Part shown: piece after piece, positions 51,507 to 61,430 of the stretch | How positions within the stretch are numbered: position 1 is the stretch's first letter | Layout of the letters: each line of letters opens with the position of its first letter | Assembly (NCBI GenBank): GCA_011524535.1 | Contig: WTKD01000006.1 | Coordinates: 168,262-232,261 of the forward strand | DNA length: 64,000 nt | Reading direction: 5' to 3' | DNA from: Spirochaetaceae bacterium | Lineage (GTDB): Bacteria > Spirochaetota > Spirochaetia > WTKD01 | Translations under genes and position numbers: made by a program | Notes under the pieces: generated by a model | What the model saw: the letters and a program-made list of their open reading frames with translations, nothing else | Told to the model about the DNA's origin: nothing | The model's database searches: none

Positions 51507-52554
51507 CCCTGAACACGAAATTTCTTGTGTTTCGGCTCAGTGTATTGTAAAGAATCTTCTTGAAGGAAAAAACAATGTGCAGCTTGTAGGAGTCACACGG
51601 AGCGGTGAGTGGTTTTTACAGCAGGATGAAGTACTCAAGGATATAGAGCGCTTGGATGCTCTTCCCATAGAAGAAGACAAACCACAAGTTTCAATTCACC
51701 CGCATGTCGGGCTATTTGCTGGGAATAAGAAACTTGAATGCGACTGTGTGTTTCCAATGATGCACGGAAAGAATGGTGAAGATGGAAGTATCCATACCGT
51801 GATGCATATTGCGAATCTCCCTTGCGTGGGGGCTTCTCATGTTGCAAATGCTGTTTCTATGCACAAAGTATTTGCAAAACGTATATGGAGAGATGCTGGA
51901 TTACCAGTGCTACCATTCAGATGGGTAAGGAATGTTGACTTTGAAAATACAATAACAAGGTCAAATGTGTTTGATATGCTTGCCCGTGAAATAGGATTCC
52001 CATTGTTTATAAAGCCTACAGAATCGGGTTCATCTTGTGGCATTTCGAAAGTTTCCAAAATAGAGGAACTAGAAGTTGCGATTTTAGAAGCATTTGAATA
52101 TAGTGAATCTTTTTTAGCAGAACCGGCGCGGCCAGTAAGGGAAGTCGAGGTGTCTATAGTCGGTAATGCTGAACTCACAAGTTTTCCTCCGGGGGAAATT
52201 GTAGTGAGAAATGAATTCTATTCATACGATGAGAAGTATAGCAATGCAAGCACAACGCAAATACAAGCGCCGGCAGACATACCCGTTGAATTGCAGAATA
52301 ATTTTCGTAATCTTGCAGAACGAGCCTATGCCTTGTTAGATTGCCGTGGTTATGCGCGTGTTGATTTCTTTCTTGATACACAGACGAACAAGATATATCT
52401 AAATGAATTGAACACCATCCCAGGATTTACTCATATAAGCATGTTTCCAAAACTAGCTGAAGTACAAGGAATATCCTACAAGGAACTGATTGATAAAATT
52501 GTGATGTTGGCTATAGACAGGCATCACGCCGACACGATACCTTCTTACAAATAA
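51472..52554 (+). CDS. ddl: D-alanine--D-alanine ligase
   Basis: GGDSPEHEIS, HGKNGEDG, GSS, FYSYDEKY (Tyr, D-Ala-D-Ala type) and NELNTIPG motifs. Confidence 0.95.
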   Translation: MKDILVIYGGDSPEHEISCVSAQCIVKNLLEGKNNVQLVGVTRSGEWFLQQDEVLKDIERLDALPIEEDKPQVSIHPHVGLFAGNKKLECDCVFPMMHGKNGEDGSIHTVMHIANLPCVGASHVANAVSMHKVFAKRIWRDAGLPVLPFRWVRNVDFENTITRSNVFDMLAREIGFPLFIKPTESGSSCGISKVSKIEELEVAILEAFEYSESFLAEPARPVREVEVSIVGNAELTSFPPGEIVVRNEFYSYDEKYSNASTTQIQAPADIPVELQNNFRNLAERAYALLDCRGYARVDFFLDTQTNKIYLNELNTIPGFTHISMFPKLAEVQGISYKELIDKIVMLAIDRHHADTIPSYK

Positions 52555-52589
52555 ATAAGTGAGGGAGGTACAATTGCGGTTATGACTAT

Positions 52590-54713
52590 ATGACCTCTAA
52601 TCTCATGTATCGTTGCTTGATTATTTTCATACTATTTCTTTTGATTGGTGGACCAGTTCCAGCACAACAGTATTTTTATGAGGTCGAAGAATTGTTGCAA
52701 TCCAATACTCCTGGACATGCAATGCATGTTATCCACGAATACGCAAAAAACCTCATCGACGAAAGAGATATCGAGTATCAGACCCTGAGGGGCGGGGATA
52801 CCGAACAATACGATAGCTATTTGATCGGAGATCCTTCCGCAAAGATGCTCATTGTGGTTCCATTGAAGGAAGATTCGGCAACACTGGCATTTTTTGCTGT
52901 GATTCTGGATATGGTAGAGAAACATTCTGATAATTCCTTTGCGGTATTGTTTCAGTCAACGCTCAACGATACGGCAACCGAAGCATTGTATGAACAATTC
53001 TGGGTCATGTCGCCTCCCTATGAGGCGGTTATCTTTATTGGAGAACATATAGGCAGTTTTCCGCTCATCGTACAGTCGGGAACTCCTCTTAATGCCCCGA
53101 GACACCTCTTCGCGACAATAAAACGAGCAAACACGGAAGCTATTACTATCGTTTATCAAGGAGTGCGCCTCATTGAATCCGTAAATAGACAGTTTTGGGA
53201 GAGTGATTCTGCTTCTTCACAATGGATAGCAAATGGAGTGCCAGCAGTGGTCTTTGCTGGAGCTCCATTACCGGAGGAAAAAAATCTTAGCACTGATATC
53301 GATTCTGGTACGGTATTGTATGAGAGAGAAGGAAGACTTATGGCGATCCAGTCGTTGATTGAACGAATAGCTTGGGATATTTCTTCGTCTGAGAAGGTAG
53401 ATAGGATACGATGGCAATTCCAGTTTCTTTCCTTGCAGTATGCTTTATTTGAACCATTGTTTCTTACTGAAATACAGCTATACCTTGTGAGTTTGGTGTT
53501 TGTTGCATTTTGTTTATTCGTCCTTATCTTTTTTAAGAAAGGAGTAGGTCGGCGTTTATCCTTTTTGTGGCGTCATAAAAAGGAGATGCTTGTTATTACA
53601 AGTATACTCTTGGTTTCTGTATTGGGAGGAACGCTCCTGGCACAGGGGGTTTTGTCCCTAGGTTTTGGAATATCCGATTCTATGGCGATTCTATTGCAGC
53701 TTCTGATATTTCTGAGTTTTTTTTACACATTGTATCCCTTCGCTGTCTACATCCTTCGATTAAAAAAAGTAAGCAGGTTTCTCACCAGTTTTGCATTATT
53801 GTGGATATTTGTGAGCATATTTTTGCAATCACTCGTAAGTATTTCTTTTATTTTTCATGGAACTCTTGTCGCTGTGATGTGCTTTGTGTTTGCGCTTGTT
53901 CGAACACCGAGGGGGAAGATATTGTGTCTGATCTTAGCGGTTATTCCATTGCTTGTAGATATAGCGTTTGCTCGATATTTAAGGTATGAAGAGTTAGCAC
54001 ATCGATTGGTCGAAGACCCTTTGCTGGGGAGTATTGTGCTTATCAGCTTTACCTATCCATTCATCTGTATGCTTGCTCGTTGTGAATTGCTATTTTGCAA
54101 GAGATATTTATATGTTTCCCATTTTGGTGGAATTATATGTTTGTTTCTAAGCATTTTTGTCATTTTGACAACAGAGGGTGAACCCTCTCCAATAACCGCA
54201 CAGATTGTCGAAACCGTCGATACGAATCGACAAACACGATCGCTTTCCGTCGATTTCTCAGAAGATGTTGGTTCCTATACCTTTGTTCAAAATGGAATAT
54301 GGTATGCGGGCGAAGAACAATACGAAGTATTTGAGCTGCCGTATACGGATTATGGCACCGAGATTTCGATCCTCAACCAGCATAGCAAACCGCTCTATCG
54401 ATATCAGTTTGATTATACGGCGGTCAATCCTCCGAACGAGTTAACCGTTTCGTTTGATTCGGATATTCCTTTTTTACTACAAAATTCCACACTCCTCAGC
54501 GAACAAACCGAAGGCGAGGAAACAACTTCGCTTAGGGTAATAAGAAGGTTCCCTCCGCCAGTATCACGTTCTTCTGTAATTCTGAGCAGTATTACAGAGC
54601 CCAATATTCGAGTGCAATTAATCTATCCAGCTGTTGATGTGCGTGTAAACACAGAAAAGGATGTTGTTGTGACGAGTATTCGGAATATTATATATGAACA
54701 AACAGCGCAGTGA
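52590..54713 (+). CDS. Hypothetical multi-pass membrane protein (possibly degenerate M28-peptidase architecture)
   Basis: Signal peptide, ~270-aa soluble domain, ~8 TMs and a C-terminal beta domain; no clear metal ligands. Confidence 0.7.
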   Translation: MTSNLMYRCLIIFILFLLIGGPVPAQQYFYEVEELLQSNTPGHAMHVIHEYAKNLIDERDIEYQTLRGGDTEQYDSYLIGDPSAKMLIVVPLKEDSATLAFFAVILDMVEKHSDNSFAVLFQSTLNDTATEALYEQFWVMSPPYEAVIFIGEHIGSFPLIVQSGTPLNAPRHLFATIKRANTEAITIVYQGVRLIESVNRQFWESDSASSQWIANGVPAVVFAGAPLPEEKNLSTDIDSGTVLYEREGRLMAIQSLIERIAWDISSSEKVDRIRWQFQFLSLQYALFEPLFLTEIQLYLVSLVFVAFCLFVLIFFKKGVGRRLSFLWRHKKEMLVITSILLVSVLGGTLLAQGVLSLGFGISDSMAILLQLLIFLSFFYTLYPFAVYILRLKKVSRFLTSFALLWIFVSIFLQSLVSISFIFHGTLVAVMCFVFALVRTPRGKILCLILAVIPLLVDIAFARYLRYEELAHRLVEDPLLGSIVLISFTYPFICMLARCELLFCKRYLYVSHFGGIICLFLSIFVILTTEGEPSPITAQIVETVDTNRQTRSLSVDFSEDVGSYTFVQNGIWYAGEEQYEVFELPYTDYGTEISILNQHSKPLYRYQFDYTAVNPPNELTVSFDSDIPFLLQNSTLLSEQTEGEETTSLRVIRRFPPPVSRSSVILSSITEPNIRVQLIYPAVDVRVNTEKDVVVTSIRNIIYEQTAQ

Positions 54714-55917
54714 GATAGCGCATGTCGATCTTGATGCCTATTTTGTTGCGGTTGAACAGAGAGATTTCCCCGAGCTCCAAGGAAAACCGGTTATTGTAGG
54801 GGGCTCTCCCGAATCTCGATCGGTGGTATCCTCATGCTCCTATGAGGCGCGCGAAAAGGGTATTCATTCTGGAATGTCGATGAAAAAAGCTCATGCACTA
54901 CTCCCTGAGGCGATATTTCGGCGACCCCGCTTCGATGAATATCGAAAAACATCAGTAGAGATTATGAAATTCTTTTGTGAGTACGCTCCAGGTGTACAGC
55001 AGATGTCCATAGATGAAGCGTTCCTGGATTTTCAGAACACAAGATATTTGTACGATGACTTGCTGGTGGTGTTAAAGAAGCTGCAAGAAAGATTATTATC
55101 ACAGTTTGGATTATCCTGTTCGATTGGTCTTGCCCCTTCTCATTATTTTGCAAAATTGGCATCTGATTTTGATAAACCGTATGGGTTTGTGCATATAGAG
55201 CCAGATACAGAAAAGAGCTTTGTGAACAGACTTTCGATAGAAAACATCTGGGGATTGGGGAAGCAAAGTTTGAAAAGGCTTTCCATATATGAGATACGCA
55301 CAGTACAGGATTTAAAGAAGATTTCCCCACAAAATCTTTCTGTTATTTTGGGAAAGAGCTATGCACAATACATAGGAGCTGTCTTGGAAGGAGAGCCTCC
55401 CCATTCATTTACTCGGAGTTCTATAGAACGGTCAACGAGTGTAGAAGAGACATTTCCTCAAGACCTGCAGACAGGGGATGCGGTGAGAGCAGGATTGCTT
55501 AGCCTTGCCCAAAAGTTGTCAGGACGACTGAATGCTGATCATCATATTTCTTCGGTGATAGTTCTTAAAGTTCGATTTAAAGATTTTTCAACGTTCACAG
55601 TACAAAAAACGATCTTTCAACAACATTTGCACACGCAAAAAATATATGAGACTGCGGTGGGATTATTCAAGAAACGCTGGAAAACTTTCGATCCAATTCG
55701 TTTAATGGGCATTGCTGCAAAAAGATTACAAAATGAATCTCAACTTGTTCCAGACATGTTTGAAACCAATAAGGATACGGCTCTTCGGAAAATAGATAAG
55801 ACCGCGCTCGATCTAAAAAATAAATATGGTAATGTTTCTTTGAGACCAGCAAGGACATTTAGTCTATACGCCAAGGACACCAAGAAAAAGAATATTTCGA
55901 AAAAAACAGATTCTTAG
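54694..55917 (+). CDS. dinB: DNA polymerase IV
   Basis: HVDLDAYFVAVE, SYEAR, SIDEAFLD and AKLASDFDKP motifs. Confidence 0.95.
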   Translation: MNKQRSEIAHVDLDAYFVAVEQRDFPELQGKPVIVGGSPESRSVVSSCSYEAREKGIHSGMSMKKAHALLPEAIFRRPRFDEYRKTSVEIMKFFCEYAPGVQQMSIDEAFLDFQNTRYLYDDLLVVLKKLQERLLSQFGLSCSIGLAPSHYFAKLASDFDKPYGFVHIEPDTEKSFVNRLSIENIWGLGKQSLKRLSIYEIRTVQDLKKISPQNLSVILGKSYAQYIGAVLEGEPPHSFTRSSIERSTSVEETFPQDLQTGDAVRAGLLSLAQKLSGRLNADHHISSVIVLKVRFKDFSTFTVQKTIFQQHLHTQKIYETAVGLFKKRWKTFDPIRLMGIAAKRLQNESQLVPDMFETNKDTALRKIDKTALDLKNKYGNVSLRPARTFSLYAKDTKKKNISKKTDS

Positions 55918-55938
55918 AATATAGAAATTATCATGTGG

Positions 55939-55984
55939 TGATAAAAATGTATGGTATTGCGATGACAAAAATGTATTTTTGCGA
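55939..55984. repeat. Imperfect tandem repeat containing a palindrome; possible operator upstream of dapL
   Basis: TGATAAAAATGTATGGTATTGCGA followed by TGACAAAAATGTATTTTTGCGA; CAAAAAT-GT-ATTTTTG at 55966-55981. Confidence 0.45.
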
Positions 55985-56074
55985 GTATATGTGGGGCGCC
56001 TCGTTCTATGCGATCACGTGTGATATACTTGAGTATGCAATTATTGACATTAACGAATATCCTTGGAAACATGC

Positions 56075-57313
56075 ATGACAACTATTAATAATAATTTTTT
56101 AAAACTGAACTCTTCCTATCTTTTTTCTCGTATTGCTAGCGAGGTGAAAACATACGATTCAAAAAATGCTGGGGCTCCCATCATTAGCCTAGGCATTGGA
56201 GATGTGACGCAGGGCCTTCCAAGTTTGGCGGGACAAGCCATGGTCGATGCGATAGGAGACATGTTGAGTCCATCTACATTTCGCGGTTATGGACCAGAGC
56301 AGGGCTACGATTTTTTGCGTTCGGCCATAGTGCAGAGTCAGTATAGATCCAGAAATGTTGACATAGATGCAGATGAGATATTTGTCAGCGATGGAGCAAA
56401 AAGCGATACAGCGAATATTCAAGAATTGTTTTCTGATGCGACACGCATAGCGATGAATGACCCCGTTTACCCGGTGTACGTAGATTCAAATGTAATCGGA
56501 GGACGCACAGGAAAATGGGTTGATGGGCGGTATGAAGGTGTTGTCTATATTCCAATAAGCTCAAAAAATAATTATAGATTTCTGTTGCCAGATGTACCCG
56601 TTGATTTGATATATGTGTGCTCACCAAATAATCCGACCGGTGCGGTTGCAACGAAAGAAGAATTGCAACGCTTGGTCGATTTTGCCTTGGACTGTGGGGC
56701 GGTTATCATATACGACGCAGCCTACGAGTCGTTTATACGCGACCCGCGGTTTCCACGTTCGATTTATGAAATCCCACGTGCTTGTGAATGCGCTATAGAA
56801 TGCAATAGTCTTTCAAAATCTGCTGGATTTACAGGTCTACGATGTGCCTACACGGTTGTACCGAAGAAATTGCAGGTAAAAGATGCCGAGGGAACATCTC
56901 ATTCTTTGCGTGATTTATGGCTTAGGCGTCAAACTACGAAGTTCAATGGAGTTGCTTATCCCATACAGCGAGCAGCAGCGGCCATGTTTACCCCAGAGGG
57001 GCAAGCACAAATACGTGAATTGACGGATTATTATTTAAAAAATGCGACAATTATCCGCGCATTACTCGATGAAACATCGCTTGAATTTAGCGGTGGACTA
57101 CATGCCCCGTACATATGGATTAATGTAAAACAAGACAGCTGGGAGTGTTTCCGAATGCTTTTGGAAGAGGCAAGGGTTGTTGTGACTCCAGGGGCGGGAT
57201 TTGGTCCTTCAGGAGAAGGCCATATCCGTATCAGCGCATTTGCGATGAGAGAATCGGTTGTTAGTGCCTTGCAACGATTACGACCGATTTTATTGATGAA
57301 TTGGAAGAAATAA
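56075..57313 (+). CDS. dapL: LL-diaminopimelate aminotransferase
   Basis: YLF, LGIGDVT, GYGPEQGY, SDGAKSD, PNNPTG and SLSKSAGFTGLR motifs. Confidence 0.95.
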   Translation: MTTINNNFLKLNSSYLFSRIASEVKTYDSKNAGAPIISLGIGDVTQGLPSLAGQAMVDAIGDMLSPSTFRGYGPEQGYDFLRSAIVQSQYRSRNVDIDADEIFVSDGAKSDTANIQELFSDATRIAMNDPVYPVYVDSNVIGGRTGKWVDGRYEGVVYIPISSKNNYRFLLPDVPVDLIYVCSPNNPTGAVATKEELQRLVDFALDCGAVIIYDAAYESFIRDPRFPRSIYEIPRACECAIECNSLSKSAGFTGLRCAYTVVPKKLQVKDAEGTSHSLRDLWLRRQTTKFNGVAYPIQRAAAAMFTPEGQAQIRELTDYYLKNATIIRALLDETSLEFSGGLHAPYIWINVKQDSWECFRMLLEEARVVVTPGAGFGPSGEGHIRISAFAMRESVVSALQRLRPILLMNWKK

Positions 57314-57315
57314 AA

Positions 57316-57729
57316 ATGGGTTATCCCGAATTGCAAGAAGACATGGCTCTTGCCTGGAATCGACGTGAAAACGCTCATGCTCCCTATTCCCATTTTAAGG
57401 TATGTGCTGTGGTACGCTTTACTGGCAATGATCTGTTCTATGTGGGTGTCAATGTTGAAAATGCAAGCTATGGAGCTTCTATATGCGCGGAACGTTCGGC
57501 CATACTTTCTGGAATTTCTGCTGGAGAGAGGGCCCCTATTAAGTCTGTGCTGGTTGCTTCAAACGCAAAGCAACCGGCGGTTCCATGTGCGGTGTGTTTA
57601 CAGTTTCTTGCTGAATTTTCGAATGGAGATACCAAGATTTACTTGGTGAACGGAGAAGAGAAAATTATAGAACATGCATTCTCAGATTTGCTCCCTCATC
57701 CATTTACTTCTTTCGTAGGTAATGACTAA
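57316..57729 (+). CDS. cdd: Cytidine deaminase (homotetrameric type)
   Basis: APYSHF, NVENASYG, CAE, PCAVC and LLP motifs. Confidence 0.93.
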   Translation: MGYPELQEDMALAWNRRENAHAPYSHFKVCAVVRFTGNDLFYVGVNVENASYGASICAERSAILSGISAGERAPIKSVLVASNAKQPAVPCAVCLQFLAEFSNGDTKIYLVNGEEKIIEHAFSDLLPHPFTSFVGND

Positions 57730-57763
57730 GGTCAATACAAGAGTTGCAATTGTTGGTAAATAG

Positions 57764-59131
57764 TTATTTTTTTAGCCAGATCGTTCCTGGTTGTTGAAAA
57801 ATTCTTTTTTTCCCAAAGAGAAAAGTTAACAAAAAGCAGACCACTACATAAGCAAGGCAGACGAAAAGGACAATAAAAAACCCTCGCAAATCACCATTGA
57901 TACGAGAAGGAACAGCTGTGTTCAAAATTAAAATAAGAGGGATAGAAAAGAGAAAATTGAACCCCATTGAATACATATAATCGCTGATGGCGGGCGTTTT
58001 GTATTCGGGGTCTACGATACGCAATAGGGCCAATGCTATCGTAAGCGTGCCCGATGAAACCCCGAAGATCATCAAAGTGCGAAAAAATGTAAAATTCTTA
58101 AACAATCGACTACAGACCCAGAGCAAGGGGAGGGTGACAAGAAAAATGCCCAGGAGAGAAAGCAGTAGTAATCCAAACCAGTATTTGCCAATAACGGCAA
58201 GAGAGATGCTCGCAACCGATGCAACAATGACATAATCCATGGTTATCCCGCTTATCCGGATAAAATGTTGATCCTGAAAGGCACGCATTGCGCCTGTTTT
58301 TTGCAAAATTCCTCGTGTAACCAAGGCCCATAGAGCTGAAAACAAAAACGATAAACTCCATAAAGTTTCGGTTAGATTGGATAAAGCCGGATTTCCTGTT
58401 GCATTCAGACCAGAAGTAAGGAGTGTTAAAAATGCATAATTAATACCATACACGATGAATACCAGGCAAACATGGAGGGAAAGAACATCGAATAATGAAC
58501 TATCGTGTGCGTTATTTTCTTTTGATGGATTCTTAGAAGGAGAGGGTTTTGCATCTGTCTGCGGAAGAAGGGTATTTGCGGTAAGATCGAGTATATTCTT
58601 TTTCTTCGCCCATTGTATGAGTATGATGCCGAACGTAGATGCTACTAGGTATCCAATAGATGACATGAATATGCCCATGGTTGCGGCTGATTCAAAACCG
58701 AGGGTTTCAAACGTTTTTCCGAGGCTGAATGCCGGTCCAGGGCCCAAGGCAAATCCGAGTGGCAATAGGATTCCAAATCCGAGTGACAATTCTGGATATA
58801 CCATAGATGCGACAAGATAGCCAACCAGAAGCCCAAAGAATCCTTGCAATCCATATTGCATGAAAACAGCGGTGCTGTTTGCTATAACCTGCGAACCAAA
58901 TTTCTGCGGACGTTTCAAAATGATGGCAATAAAAGACAGATTGAAACAATGAAATGTTATAGATTCGAGGGTAGTGGTAGGAAGTTGTTGGGTTTCATAT
59001 AAGATTAACAAAAAAAATCCAGCAAGCAATGCGGTAGGTACACGTAGAGCTTTCAGCAATGGAACATATCGTCGAAGTAGTGTCATTACAAGCATTGCAG
59101 CACTCAACAACGATAGATCAAGAATCAACAT
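57764..59131 (-). CDS. Sodium:glutamate symporter (GltS/ESS family)-like transporter
   Basis: P.ALLAG, GF..GPG.A...G and G..SGT....LALLRIVDP motifs; ~11 TMs. Confidence 0.8.
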   Translation of the reverse strand: MLILDLSLLSAAMLVMTLLRRYVPLLKALRVPTALLAGFFLLILYETQQLPTTTLESITFHCFNLSFIAIILKRPQKFGSQVIANSTAVFMQYGLQGFFGLLVGYLVASMVYPELSLGFGILLPLGFALGPGPAFSLGKTFETLGFESAATMGIFMSSIGYLVASTFGIILIQWAKKKNILDLTANTLLPQTDAKPSPSKNPSKENNAHDSSLFDVLSLHVCLVFIVYGINYAFLTLLTSGLNATGNPALSNLTETLWSLSFLFSALWALVTRGILQKTGAMRAFQDQHFIRISGITMDYVIVASVASISLAVIGKYWFGLLLLSLLGIFLVTLPLLWVCSRLFKNFTFFRTLMIFGVSSGTLTIALALLRIVDPEYKTPAISDYMYSMGFNFLFSIPLILILNTAVPSRINGDLRGFFIVLFVCLAYVVVCFLLTFLFGKKRIFQQPGTIWLKK

Positions 59132-59133
59132 GA

Positions 59134-59715
59134 TTAGACTAAATCACACGCTTCGGGAGGCATCCAGTGATGGTCTTTCCCATTCCATTTTACATTACAA
59201 CCGATAGGGTTTGTTAATTGGATTCTTGGCTGTTTTTTTGCGACAAGGTCAGAAAGAACAAGATCGAGGGTGAATTTTTTAGAAAGTTGGGCATTTCTGG
59301 GGTTGTCTACGGCTTGCCCACAATAAACCAGAGTTCTAGATGTGTCAAAAACGAAAAAATGAGGCGTACGTAATGCACCATAGATGCGTGCTATCTCTTG
59401 AGATTCATCATATAAGTAAATCCACGGGAATGTGTATTTTTCCATACGTGCTACCATATGATCAAAACTATCTTCAGCGTATGTGTTTTTTGAATTGCTA
59501 TTAATGGCAACAAATCGAACCCCTTGGGGAGCAAATGTCTCTGCACTTCTTCGGGTATCTTCGTCCGATCCGGTTACATAGGGACAGTGATTACAAGAGA
59601 AAAAAATAACAAGGATTTTTGCGTCTGAAAATGATTCGAGCGTGTACGAGTTTCCGTCGGTTGCGGGGAGAGAGAAGTTAGGAGCTTTTGATCCAATTGC
59701 TAATGTAAAGGGCAT
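59134..59715 (-). CDS. Thioredoxin-fold (AhpC/TSA/redoxin) protein
   Basis: [19 protein letters not shown] and GCNVKW motifs. Confidence 0.9.
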   Translation of the reverse strand: MPFTLAIGSKAPNFSLPATDGNSYTLESFSDAKILVIFFSCNHCPYVTGSDEDTRRSAETFAPQGVRFVAINSNSKNTYAEDSFDHMVARMEKYTFPWIYLYDESQEIARIYGALRTPHFFVFDTSRTLVYCGQAVDNPRNAQLSKKFTLDLVLSDLVAKKQPRIQLTNPIGCNVKWNGKDHHWMPPEACDLV

Positions 59716-59779
59716 AACAGAACGACAAATCGCCTAAGCAATCATAGCAAATAGCCGTAGTTTTAGGTAGTACAACGGT

Positions 59780-60922
59780 ATGTGGTTACGTTTTATTATC
59801 TGGTTTAAAACTTCACGTTTCGCGATTTTCTTGTATTTTTCGGCTATCGTTCTCCTTGTTAGTGGGGTTATTGTGTTGATTGAATCAGCTGAAAACAATA
59901 TGTTTCGGACATTTGGAGATGGATTATGGTGGGCGATTGTGACTTTGAGCACAACTGGATATGGTGACTTAATTCCAGTAACAAGAAGCGGGAGAATTAT
60001 CGCAGCGATGCTCATCCTTGTTGGGGTTGTAGGAACCAGCGTGTTTTCTGGATATTTTGCTTCCTTATTGGTGGAGAGAAGAACTACATATAGGAGAGGA
60101 CTTATGCAAATTAATCTGATAAAAGATCATATTGTTATATGTGGATGGAGAGGAACGGAGATGCCGGGATTTGTAAGTCGTGTGCTTGTACAGAACGAAA
60201 ATATATCAGCAAGGCAATGTGTTGTAATTACATCGGTCGATCCATCGCAATTTGATGAATGCTATAGTATCCCTGAATTGAAAGAACTACGATTTGTGCA
60301 TGGAGATATCTTTTCGGAAGAAACGTTAAAACGTGGAAATGTAAGCAAAGCAAGGAAGGTTATTGTTATACCCGAACCCGAAGTGTCTGGCGCAGAAAGC
60401 GACTCCCGTGTGATTATGACGGTTCTTGCATTACGTAGTATTTCTCGAGACGTATATATCATCGCTGAACTGAATGACGTTCAATATGCTGATCAGCTTC
60501 GAAGAGCAGCCTGTGACGAAGTAATTTTTTCTAAAGAAGTCCAGCAAAATATAGTCGCCTGCGCCTCTCGAACCGTTGGGTTGAGTAATATCGTGCTTGA
60601 ATTACTCTCACGAGAAGGAGAGGCTCATTTTAGTACCGAGCGTATCGCAGATAAATACATTTCGGGTACATTTAAAGCGTTTAGGCTTCAGTTTTCACAC
60701 GATTCGCGATTAGTCCTTGGTGTTCTCGAACATTCGGGTAATCCAGCTCTCATGAAAATGAACGCTATACGAGAAGCCCAAAAAACAGCGAATACATCAC
60801 AATTGATAGATAATCTCACCCAAGTGCGCACGCTTCGTGTGCATAATCCTGTTTTTTTGCCGGATGATTCGTATATTATCAAACCCTATTCGCGTGTAAT
60901 GTATGTGGAGCGGAATACATGA
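59780..60922 (+). CDS. 2-TM potassium channel with RCK/TrkA-N domain
   Basis: Selectivity filter TLSTTGYGD; HIVICGW RCK start. Confidence 0.92.
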   Translation: MWLRFIIWFKTSRFAIFLYFSAIVLLVSGVIVLIESAENNMFRTFGDGLWWAIVTLSTTGYGDLIPVTRSGRIIAAMLILVGVVGTSVFSGYFASLLVERRTTYRRGLMQINLIKDHIVICGWRGTEMPGFVSRVLVQNENISARQCVVITSVDPSQFDECYSIPELKELRFVHGDIFSEETLKRGNVSKARKVIVIPEPEVSGAESDSRVIMTVLALRSISRDVYIIAELNDVQYADQLRRAACDEVIFSKEVQQNIVACASRTVGLSNIVLELLSREGEAHFSTERIADKYISGTFKAFRLQFSHDSRLVLGVLEHSGNPALMKMNAIREAQKTANTSQLIDNLTQVRTLRVHNPVFLPDDSYIIKPYSRVMYVERNT

Positions 60923-61416
60923 ACATAGAAGAATTTTTTCAAAACATACAACAGGTATCCTTTTTTAAGGGATTGCTTAAGAATGAAGAATTTCTTGACA
61001 GATTACACTCCTATTGTAAAAAGAAAATATTTCCGATCAACGATGTTATAATTCATGAGGGTGAGAGAGGTGGGACAATGTACATGGGCATATCCGGGTC
61101 GATAGAAGTCAGCAAAATGACAAGAGCTGGGGATATTTTTACATTGAGCCCATCCTACAACGCTTGCGGAGTAACTTTTGGGGAGTTATCCATGATAGAC
61201 AATGTTAAACGATCGGCCACGGTTTCTGCGACGTCAAGGAGCGAGTTCTATACTATTGAAAAGAAATTTTTTGAAGCCCTGTGTAGGGATTTTCCAAATG
61301 AAGGAATGCTTATTATGGAAAAACTTGCCCGGAGGTTGTCGGGCTATCTTCGAGAAACCAATGATAATATGCTCGCTTTATTCGATGCACTTGTTGACGA
61401 AGTAAAGTATTCGTAA
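60919..61416 (+). CDS. Stand-alone cyclic-nucleotide-binding protein
   Basis: IIHEGE.G and FGELSMID..KRSATV phosphate-binding cassette; no HTH; ATGA overlap with the channel gene. Confidence 0.9.
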   Translation: MNIEEFFQNIQQVSFFKGLLKNEEFLDRLHSYCKKKIFPINDVIIHEGERGGTMYMGISGSIEVSKMTRAGDIFTLSPSYNACGVTFGELSMIDNVKRSATVSATSRSEFYTIEKKFFEALCRDFPNEGMLIMEKLARRLSGYLRETNDNMLALFDALVDEVKYS

Positions 61417-61430
61417 CGCTATTCTAAGAA

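Noticed and set aside
55918-56074. Lysine riboswitch upstream of dapL
   Set aside because: The gap is short and AT-rich and lacks the conserved L-box core and stems.
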